Shown here: piece by piece, positions 1 through 10,300 of the stretch | Layout of the letters: each line of letters begins with the position of its first letter | Position numbering within the stretch: the first letter of the stretch is position 1 | Assembly: GCA_037447605.1 (NCBI GenBank) | Contig: CM074811.1 | Span: 3,286,001-3,350,000 of the forward strand | From: Zygnema circumcarinatum SAG 698-1b | Taxonomy: Eukaryota; Plantae; Zygnematophyceae | Direction of reading: 5' to 3' | DNA: 64,000 nucleotides | Translations under genes and position numbers: made by a program | The notes under the pieces: model-generated | What the model saw: only the letters and a program-made list of their open reading frames with translations | Databases searched by the model: none | What the model was told of the DNA's origin: nothing

Positions 1-722
1 CCCTAACAACCCTAAACCTTGAACCCTAAACCCTGAACCCTAACACCCTCAACCCTCAACCCTAAACCCTGAACCCTAACACCCTCCACCCTAAACCTTG
101 AACCCTAAACCCTAACTGAACCCTAACACCCTCCACCCTAAACCTTGAACCCTAAACCCTGAACCCTAACACCCTCCACCCTCAACCCTAAACCCTGAAC
201 CCTAACACCCTCCACCCTAAACCTTGAACCCTAAACCCTGAACCCTAACACCCTCAACCCTCAACCCTAAACCCTGAACCCTAACACCCTCCACCCTAAA
301 CCTTGAACCCTAAACCCTGAACCCTAACACCCTCCACCCTCAACCCTAAACCTTAAACCCTGAACCCTAACACCCTCCACCCTAAACCTTGAACCCTAAA
401 CCCTGAACCCTAACACCCTCAACCCTCAACCCTAAACCCTGAACCCTAACACTCTCCACCCTAAACCTTGAACCCTAAACCCTGAACCCTAACACCCTCA
501 ACCCTCAACCCTAAACCCTGAACCCTAACACCCTCCACCCTAAACCTTGAACCCTAAACCCTGAACCCTAACACCCTCAACCCTCAACCCTAAACCCTGA
601 ACCCTAACACCCTCCACCCTAAACCTTGAACCCTCAACCCTGAACCCTAAACCCTGAACCCTGAACTCTAACACCCTCCACCCTAAATCCTAAACCCTAA
701 ACCCTAAACGCTAAACCCTAAA
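1..722 (+). repeat. Interstitial telomere-like array of degenerate CCCTAAA monomers with a 79-bp higher-order unit
   Basis: Monomers CCCTAAA, CCCTGAA, CCCTCAA, CCCTCCA, CCCTAACA and CCTTGAA. The marker CCCTAAACCTTGAA recurs at 10, 89, 136, 215, 294, 380, 459, 538 and 617, mostly 79 bp apart. It lies just before an internal ThrRS exon, so it is probably intronic. Confidence 0.9.
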
Positions 723-759
723 CCCTTCCACCCCCCCCCCTCCTCTTTGGAGGGTTCAG

Positions 760-1574
760 CGGCCGGAGAAGTTTTTGGGCGCCGTCGAAGTTTGGGACCG
801 CGCGGAGAAAGCGCTCGCGCAGGCGCTGGACGCGTTTGGGCGGCCGTGGGAGGTACGGGCCCGGAACGGAAACCGCTGGTTCTATGTGAAATTCCGTTAC
901 AAAATCCGTTGAACGAGGCGGCCGTTACATGAGTCGTTGTTACAGATCGGTTGCAGTTGCTCCGTTGGGACTGCAGATCAACCCGGAGGACGGCGCGTTC
1001 TATGGGCCTAAAATTGACATTGCAGTTTTTGATGCGTTGAAACGGAAGCATCAGTGTGCGACTATCCAGGTACGCACTTTATAGGGTTTAGGGTTTAGGG
1101 TTTAGGGTTTAAGGTTCAGGGATTAGGGTTTAGGGTTTAGAGTTTGGGTTTTAGGGTTTTGAAAGTACGTCTCCTTTCTCTTTCCTTCTATGTCGCAACG
1201 GAATCATTTTTTTCCGTGGCTGGAAACAAAGTCAGAGCCATCAGGGTTTCTATGAGCTGCAGTTTCCGTTCTCAGTTCGTGACAGTTACTGACAGTTATA
1301 GATAACGTGGCGCTCTGTGGTGGTGCCAGCTGGACTTCCAACTGCCAATCAGATTCAACCTGGAGTACAGTACGGACGAGGAGGGCGGCCAGAGGAGGCG
1401 GCCGGTACGTTGAACCTGGACATTTCTCGTCCGGTTCTGTGGGGGTCCTGCTTCAGTTACCGTTTGCAGTTTCAATGCTGTTTCAGTTACAGAAACTCAG
1501 TTTAGGGTTTGGGCAGTGAGAGGTGCACGTTTATCATGCTTGCCATGTGTTGGTGTACGCTCTCTCTCCCTCTC

Positions 1575-1632
<58 letters not shown>

Positions 1633-3334
1633 CCTCTCGCCATTATCTCTCCCGCGGTCCGCTTACTTCCTCTCCTTCCTTCCTCCGCTCCCTCTCCCTG
1701 TCCATCCCTCCCTCCCTTCCCCTCCTCCCTTTCCCCCCTCCCTCCCTTCCCCCCCTTCCTCTCCCTCCCACCCCCCATCTCCTCCTCCTTCCCTCCCTTC
1801 CTCCCTCCCTCCCTTCCTCCCTCCCTCGCTCCCTACCTCCCTCCCTCCCTCGCTCCCTCCCTCCCCCCATCTCCTCCTCCATCCCTCCCTCCCTCCCCCC
1901 TGCCTCTCCCTCTCCCTCCCTCCCTCCCTCCCCCCTTTCCCTCTCCCTCTCCCTCCCCCCTCCCTCTCCCTCCCCCCTCCCCCCTCCCTCTCTCTCCTCT
2001 CCCTCCCCTTCCCCCTCTCCCGCTCCTCCCCTCTCCCTCCCCCCTCCCTCTCCCTCCCCCCTCCCCCCTCCCTCTCTCCCTCCCTCCCTCCCTCTCCCTC
2101 TCCCTCCCCCCTCCCTCTCCCTCCCCCCTCCCCCCCTCCTCTCTCCCTCCCTCCCCCCTTTCCCTCTCCCTCTCCCTCTCCCTCTCCCTCCCCCCCTCCT
2201 CTCCTCCCCCCCCCTCCCCTCCCCTCCCCTCCCTCCCTCCCTCTCCCTCCTCTCCCTCTCCCTCTCCCTCCCTCCCCCCTCCCTCTCTCCCTCCTCCCTC
2301 CCTCTCCCTCCTCCCTCCCCCCTCCCTCTCTCCCCTCCCCCCTCCCCCCTCCCTCTCTCTCCTCTCCTCCCCTTCCCCCTCTCCCGCTCCCTCCCCTCTC
2401 CCTCCCTCCCCGGGCAGGTGATCATCCACCGCGCCATCCTGGGGTCCGTGGAGCGCATGTTCGCGATCCTCCTGGAGCACTTCAGCGGGAAGTGGCCCTT
2501 CTGGCTCAGCCCGCGCCAGGTCATCGTCTGCCCGGTCAGCGAAAAACATTCCGCCTACGCGCTCAAGGTGCGCAGACCCCCGGGCAGACTCTAAATACTT
2601 TTCAAGTCCCTGCCCGCTCTGCCCGGCTCCCCACCCTCCCTCCTCTCTCTTTCTCTCGCCCCTCGCTCTTTTTTTTTTTCAAAAAACCGTTAAATGGGTC
2701 TTGTTTCTCGGCTGTTCCGTGTCCGTGCAACGGAGCTCTAACGGAGGAGCGTTTCCATGTGCCGAGGTTACAGGTGGAGAAGTTGATCCACGAGGCGGGG
2801 TTCTATGTGGAGGCTGACGTGTCGGACCGTAAACTGCAGAAAAAGGTCAAATTTAGGTTTAAATCCGCGCGTTCTCGAAATTTTTTAGAAAATATTTTCT
2901 GAAGATTTATTGCATAAGACATATATTTCGTCCCTGTCATTTTTAATGTTCATATTTTTTTGGGTTTATTTGTCCTGACCGTATTTGGGTTCTTTCTTTT
3001 TCTGGGGCAGGTCCGCGAGGCCCAGCTGGCGCAGTTCAATTTTATTTTGGTCGTCGGCGCCGAAGAGGAGGCCGCAGAAACGGTAATTTTTTTTTTTTTG
3101 TTTTAAATTTTTCACCCATTTTTTCTTTCTTGGGTCCGATTTAGTTTGTTTTCCTTGTGTTGCTTGTTTACAATGACGATGGTGTGCAAATTGCATTTTT
3201 TTAATGCAAGGGGTGCAAATGGGGTATTCGGAGCGCAGGTGAACGTTCGCACGCGCGACAACGTCGTGCACGGCACGAAGAGCATCGCTGACGTCATCGC
3301 TGACCTCAGAGAGGAAGCCAAGGCCTTCAGATAA
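760..3334 (+). CDS. TARS1: Threonyl-tRNA synthetase, eukaryotic cytosolic type; 3' part only (5' exons lie upstream of the window)
   Basis: GT-AG exons 760-852 (RPEKFLG...WE), 977-1069 ([15 protein letters not shown]...KHQCATIQ), 1330-1404 (LDFQLPIRF), 2418-2567 ([21 protein letters not shown]...WPFWLSPRQ), 2774-2845, 3011-3082 and 3239-3334 (stop). All are phase 0 and join into the ThrRS catalytic C-terminal part plus the anticodon-binding domain. Confidence 0.96.
1082..1160 (-). repeat. Short TTTAGGG tract in a ThrRS intron, opposite in orientation to the 1-722 array
   Basis: Reads tagggtttagggtttagggtttaggg with variants. Confidence 0.85.
1559..2410. repeat. CT microsatellite and polypyrimidine low-complexity tract (ThrRS intron)
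   Basis: (CT)n followed by C/T-only sequence; source of the spurious Pro/Ser/Leu and Gly/Glu/Arg ORFs. Confidence 0.95.
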
Positions 3335-3629
3335 ACTGAACCGCCACTCAGTTTTTCACGAAAAACCAGATTGTGGTTTATTAGAGGGCCGGGTTGGCGG
3401 TTTGCGAGTTTGCGAGATTTTGGTTTCCAAAGGAGGCTTGTTTTTGAATAGGGGCGAATTTAAGGAAGGATTCGCATGCGTTCAGTTGAACTGGGTGTAA
3501 AACTGTGCGGAGCATGGAAAAGGGTGTCCTCACAGGGGACCGCACGGCTGAACTGGGGGCGAACGGCCTACATGGAACGGGTCTGCGTGTACGGGCGTCG
3601 AGTCATCTGGCGTGGACCGNNNNNNNNNN

Positions 3630-4857
3630 CTCTCCCTCCCTCCCCCCCCGGGCAGGTGATCATCCACCGCGCCATCCTGGGGTCCGTGGAGCGCATGTTC
3701 GCGATCCTCCTGGAGCACTTCAGCGGGAAGTGGCCCTTCTGGCTCAGCCCGCGCCAGGTCATCGTCTGCCCGGTCAGCGAAAAACATTCCGCCTACGCGC
3801 TCAAGGTGCGCAGACCCCCGGGCAGACTCTAAATACTTTTCAAGTCCCTGCCCGCTCTGCCCGGCTCCCCACCCTCCCTCCTCTCTCTTTCTCTCGCCCC
3901 TCGCTCTTTTTTTTTTTCAAAAAACCGTTAAATGGGTCTTGTTTCTCGGCTGTTCCGTGTCCGTGCAACGGAGCTCTAACGGAGGAGCGTTTCCATGTGC
4001 CGAGGTTACAGGTGGAGAAGTTGATCCACGAGGCGGGGTTCTATGTGGAGGCTGACGTGTCGGACCGTAAACTGCAGAAAAAGGTCAAATTTAGGTTTAA
4101 ATCCGCGCGTTCTCGAAATTTTTTAGAAAATATTTTCTGAAGATTTATTGCATAAGACATATATTTCGTCCCTGTCATTTTTAATGTTCATATTTTTTTG
4201 GGTTTATTTGTCCTGACCGTATTTGGGTTCTTTCTTTTTCTGGGGCAGGTCCGCGAGGCCCAGCTGGCGCAGTTCAATTTTATTTTGGTCGTCGGCGCCG
4301 AAGAGGAGGCCGCAGAAACGGTAATTTTTTTTTTTTTGTTTTAAATTTTTCACCCATTTTTTCTTTCTTGGGTCCGATTTAGTTTGTTTTCCTTGTGTTG
4401 CTTGTTTACAATGACGATGGTGTGCAAATTGCATTTTTTTAATGCAAGGGGTGCAAATGGGGTATTCGGAGCGCAGGTGAACGTTCGCACGCGCGACAAC
4501 GTCGTGCACGGCACGAAGAGCATCGCTGACGTCATCGCTGACCTCAGAGAGGAAGCCAAGGCCTTCAGATAAACTGAACCGCCACTCAGTTTTTCACGAA
4601 AAACCAGATTGTGGTTTATTAGAGGGCCGGGTTGGCGGTTTGCGAGTTTGCGAGATTTTGGTTTCCAAAGGAGGCTTGTTTTTGAATAGGGGCGAATTTA
4701 AGGAAGGATTCGCATGCGTTCAGTTGAACTGGGTGTAAAACTGTGCGGAGCATGGAAAAGGGTGTCCTCACAGGGGACCGCACGGCTGAACTGGGGGCGA
4801 ACGGCCTACATGGAACGGGTCTGCGTGTACGGGCGTCGAGTCATCTGGCGTGGACCG
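3630..4857 (+). other. Near-identical second copy of 2392-3619 (last four ThrRS exons), probable assembly artefact
   Basis: Starts right after the N gap at 3620-3629. Offset is a constant 1238 bp and the identity covers introns and 3' flank. Confidence 0.85.
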
Positions 4858-7356
4858 GTTGTCGCCAAGAACGATGACGATGACTCATGTTGACCGTTGA
4901 CCGTTGACAGTTGTCCGGATGTGAAAATCCCATAAATCACGGGATCCTGCGATCTGAACGATATCTGAACTTCGGTGCATTTGTCAGGATTACGGCTCAA
5001 TTGAATCTTCCTTTTGTCCTTGGCGTGAACGACAGCAGGTGCTGCAGTTACCAGCCGACACGTCGACATTTGTAATAAATGAAAACCACATCGACACTAC
5101 TGTTCGGATTCCAACCGACACTGTCGATGTGGACTGCAGTTGGCCACTTTCGTCGGCGACAAAAAGCACACTTCGCACATATAAAATCTTTGCAAGTCTG
5201 ATGCTAAATTTCTACTTCAATAATCTTCCACCGACATTTTACACGGACATTCGCTGCCGGCATTTGCCACTGACATTTACCACCGACATTTGTGGTACAT
5301 GGTGCCGGCCCTAAAACGACAAGCTGATAGATGACGCTTCCTGGAGCACAGCGTCGCTTTGGATATAGCCAATACAAAGTTCCAAGTAATAGACGATTCT
5401 GCTGACCACCAGCTGGCGGAGGCCTTCAGCAACCAGCTGGCAGTGACCGCGTTGTGGTTATCTGGGGGAGGTTCATCTGCCTTTTGACAGGACATTGACG
5501 GTTGAATAAACGACGGCAAAACGACGACCAAAGCCGTGTTCTTGGCAGCTGGCCCGCACAAGCGTCACCGACATCCAGCTGGCAGGGACGCCCCTGCAAC
5601 AGTACGGCACGACGAAAATGAAGGGGTTTGCACGTGTGGAACTGTGCCACGTGTACAATTCAGTCTGTCGTTTTCATAAGAGACAAAGAGTTTTTACGTA
5701 AATCGTGGCCAGATTGTCAGATTTGTACCGGCGGTTGGCGGCAGTTGACGGCAGTTGACGGCCGTTGACGGATGAAGCTGCAGCCAGAGGGAGCAGTCCC
5801 GTCCTGGAATAGTCAAAGGGTCAATGGATTTTGTCTTTTTGCAAGGGAAGTTACTAACCGTACAGTTTTTGTCCACCTCTGCTGGAGTCCGAAGCTTTGA
5901 CTTAGCAAATAGAACGCTGCCAGCTGGCGAAGTTAGACCAGACCACAGATTTGCTAAGGCTTTGTCGTGTGCCGACCACGGTGCTCACGCCTCAGCCCCT
6001 TACTGGGCGCCACGTGGCCGAGACGGGCAGCTAAAAAGAAAACGACAGGACGCCCTCTCTCTCGTGGATTCGGGAAAAAGAGAAAATAAAACTTAGAATT
6101 CGGTCAGGATGATCAGCCAATGAGGTAGCCGGATTCTTACTTCTCGATTTTCTTAGGCCTTTGCCCGGACTGCGTCCCGCATAGAAATTCAACCATTCCT
6201 GGTCCAGCCCAGAAGAAAAATGGTTTTTCTTCCGTCACTGCCCGCTTGGCCAACAACGCCTGTCGTTTTCGGAAGCCAGAGCCCAAAGGATCTTCTTGAC
6301 ACGTGGCGCCTTCCCATTCGCCAGCCATCCATTTCTGGTATTGTCGGTTCCGACTTTTTTGGACAGGACGGTTTCGTACCTGCCCGCTCCCTCGGGCAGT
6401 CCAACGAAACAATTCACCCCTGCCCAATATCGCGGGCAGAAACACGAAACATTTCACCTCTGCCCGGACACCCAAACGTCGCCCAAAATAACGGCCGCCA
6501 TTACGCCGCCCTCCTCCCGCCTAGGGATGGCCGGAAAAGTTATTTTTCCTTTATAATTTGTGTAAAAATAGGGTCATTCTTTAAAAGGAAGTACTATTCA
6601 CACACCTTTTTTCTATATGCACATCTTTTAAAAAAGGAAACACCCCCAGTACCACAAAAGCCCTGAAACTAAATCTGACCGGTGAAAAAGGGTGTGTATC
6701 TAGACCAAAAAAGGTATGAAAATAGCATTTTCCGTTTTTGTCCCTACTTTTTTAGTTCTAATGCCCAAATTTTATTGAAAAAAAGAGAAAAAGGTGATTG
6801 GTTTTATGACGAAATAGAAAAAGAAATTTAAAAAGATCGCACGGGCGGCCAGCCCTAACTCCAGCCCACCGTCGGCCCTGACCACGAAACGTTTTTCCCC
6901 TGCCCGTCGTTTCGGGCCGGAACGAAAAATAGTCCGCTCACACCTGACCCCGATCTGTCGGTGGCCGCCCGCGGCCACAACCGCCGTACTGTTGCGCTCG
7001 TGCTGCCACGTGGCAGCCGCGCCGCTCCCCGCCTCGCTCCTAAAGACTCGCGCTTCTCCCCCCGCCGCCCCCGCCTCCCTCCCTCCTCTCCCGCTCCTTC
7101 TCTCCCTCCCTCTCTCCCCTCTCCCTCTCCCTCTCTCCCCCTCCCTCCCTCCCTCCCTCCCTCCCTCCCTCCNNNNNNNNNNTCTCTCCCCCTCCCTCCC
7201 TCCCTCCCTCCCTCCCTCCCTCCCTCCCTCCCTCCCTTCCCCCCCTGCCTCCCTCCCCCTCTTCCCTCTCACCTCTCTCCGTCTCTCCCTCGCTCCCACT
7301 CCCTCTCTTCCTCTCCCTCACCCTCTCCCAGCTGCTCCCTCTCCTTCCTCCCCGCC

Positions 7357-10300
7357 ATGGCTGGGGGAAGGGGAGCAGCAGCAGCGGCGGCTCTGCTCCT
7401 CCTCCTCCTCTCGAGTGTGCCCCGACCCGCCTCCGCCCAGTCCCCTCCCAACTTCCCCTGTGCCTTTACCGCCGGGTCCCTCTACAACTCCGATACGCGC
7501 ACCTTCGTCCACCGCGGTTCCATGATCGACCTTCAGTTGCAGAACACGGTCGGCAGTTCCGTTGACCCCAACACGGACCCCCTCACCGAGGTCGTCTCCT
7601 GCGCCGTCACCACCTCCGGGACTGCTTACGTCACTTCCCTCGAGCCTTACGTCAGCGTTGTGAACCTGACCTCCACGGGGCCCCTTCCGGGAGCTCGTCT
7701 CAGCGCGCCCATCACCGCCGCCATAGTGGACGTGACGTCAGACGGGTCAATTCTTCTGCTTGCTGACGGCAGCAATGGCGGGGGGGCCGTCTTGATGTCG
7801 TCCACAGGTGGAATCAGTATTCCGCTCATCCAGAATGCCACGTGTACGGCCGCGAGCTTCTGCGGAGATCGGACGGTCCTCCTCGGCTGCAGCTCTGATG
7901 GGGCCCGATTTGCGCTGTACTCCTTCTCAATTTCGGGATTATCGGCGGCCATGACTTCAAATTTCGCCATAGGGTTTAAGCCCCTGCAAATAAGCTGCTC
8001 TCCCGCCGCCGAGGGATCTGCCCAAAACGACAACCCGCTGGGGTTTATCGCCGTACTGGGAGACAACAGCCAATTGTATTCGTACACGTGTCCGCTCAGT
8101 CCCTTGGTGTTGAGGGCGGTAGCTTTGACGGCTACTTCGGAAAATTCGTTCGCATTTGATAAAGTCAATCGTCAGATATTGGTGGCGGGAGGGGTGGCGA
8201 GCAGCGTGACGCCCGTGACTTTACCGAGCGGAGTGTGGGACGCCGTCGTTGACTTTGTGGGGTACGATGAGAGTTCGGGACTTGATAGGGCGAGGAAGCC
8301 GAGCTCGTACAGGGGGGCTACGTCGTCGGATTCAGGTGAGAGCGGGGGGAGGGAAGGAGAGGGAGAGAGGGAGAGAGTGGGGGGAGTGGGGGAGGGAGAG
8401 GGTGGGAGGGAGAGGGTGGGTGGAAGGAGGGGGGAAAAGGTAGAAAGGGAGAAAAGGAGGGAGGGAGAGGGAACGAGGGAGAGAGTGGGTGGAGGGAGAG
8501 GGCGGGAGAGGGAGGGAGTGGGTGGAAGGAGGGGGGTAGAGGGAGAAAGGGGGGAAGGGAGAGGGAACGAGGGAGAGAGTGGGGGGAGGGAGTGGGAGGG
8601 GGTGGGTGGAAGGCGGGGGAGGGAGAGGGAACGAGGGAGAGAGTAAAGGGAGGGCGACAGTGAGCATGAGAGGGAGAAAATGAGAATGTGGAGGGTGGGA
8701 AGAGAGAGAGAGAGAGAAAGAGAAGCCAAACATGACTAAACGAGTGAAACCGAAACATTGATCTCCCCTCTGTTCTCTTCCTAAACAGGCGGCCAAGTCA
8801 TAGTTTACCCAACATGGCAGGCGGCGTACCTCGCTCTCCCTGAGGGAGTGTTCGTGTTCGATTTGAATGTGACCGGCGTGGGCTTCATGAAGGTGATTCC
8901 CTTTGAAGCGACAAAGTACGGCCCCTACAAGGCCCTCGCAATATGTGCCCATGACTACGTACCTCCTCCCTCTCCTCCTCCCCCTCCAAGTCCTCCGCCT
9001 CCGCCTCCTTCTCCCCCACCTTCACCACCTCCATCTCCTCCGCCCTCTCCCCCTCCACCTCCCTCTCCTCCTCCCCCTCCCTCGCCTCCCCCCTCTCCTC
9101 CTCCACCTCCCTCTCCACCCCCTCCCCCAGGTATGAAGCTTCTCCTATTCAACTTGTTGTTGTTGTTGTTTGCTGCTACTCCCCTCTAGAATCATGCATG
9201 CATGCATGCATGCATGTGGGTGCATGGAACGTGTACTGTCATGTACGGCACATTTGGTACCTCATGAACTTAGAAACCACGAAACATGGAAACAACTTGC
9301 AAAACATAAACATAAACATTTACTTATTTGGAATTCTTGTCTCATTTGTGTCGCAGAAACGTGTGGAAATGTCATTCCCAACTACTTCCTGATCCGGAAT
9401 GTGAACTATTGGCCCTCGGGTACATCGAACATTGGCCTCTTCACTCAGCCCCTCAGCCCTCAAGGCTGTGCTCAGAGATGCAATAATGACACAAACTGCT
9501 TCGGAGTGCTCTACCGCGGAGTGGGCTGCTACTTGAAAGTGGCTCCATCAGGGACCCCCGTTTACACCATCGGCTTAGATTCATATGTGAAGTGCGCCTA
9601 CGTCTACTCCCCACCCCCTCCCACTCCTCCTCCACTTCCTCCCTCACCTCCTCCTTCTCCTCCACCTCCTCCTCGACCCCCTCCCTCGCCCCCTCCTCCT
9701 CCCTCTCCTCCTCCTCCCAGACCTCCTCCTCGCCCCCCAGCATCCCCCCCTCCTCCTCGCCCCCCTCCAAGCCCTCCGTCTCCGCCTCCTCCCTCGCCCC
9801 CTCCCTCTCCTCCCCCCTCGCCTCCCTCTCCTCCTCCGCCTCCGTCTCCTCCACCGTCCCCTCCGCCTCCGCCAGGTACATCCCAAAACATTCTTCATGA
9901 AAATACATGATGGAAATGCACAACAACGGATCAGCTTTGAATTGTGGTCTACTTCCCGTCGTATTTGTTGCGAGTCTTGCGACCCTACGCAGCGTGACAT
10001 GAAGTGACTAGTCATGACGTGACGTGACGTGACGTGACGTGACGTGACGTGACGTGATATCACGTGGCGGCAATGCTTCGGACGTGACGTGACATGACAT
10101 GCGGTGACGTGACGTTACATAGCGTGACGTGACGTTTTCATGGCGTGACGTAACATGACGTTTCGTGGCGGCCAATAGGGGGAGTCAGACCTTGACCATC
10201 GCCGGCGGAATTGAAAGATTTCGCCGGCGGAATTGAAAGATTTCGCCGGCGAAAAGGTATTGATTTCGATTGCCGAATTCGGGTCGGAAACCGCGGCTCC

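Noticed and set aside
1-722. True chromosome telomere at the window start
   Set aside because: The monomers are degenerate and the next feature is an internal ThrRS exon, so the gene must continue upstream.
1509-2902. Long Pro/Ser/Leu-rich ORFs resembling extensins
   Set aside because: CT-rich intron sequence running into a ThrRS exon. Unlike the true SP(n) exons at 8.9-13.1 kb, they lack in-phase splice boundaries.
3630-4572. Second ThrRS gene by tandem duplication
   Set aside because: Near-identical including introns, begins at an N gap and lacks the 5' exons; treated as an assembly overlap. The same reasoning applies to the E2 and GDH duplicates.
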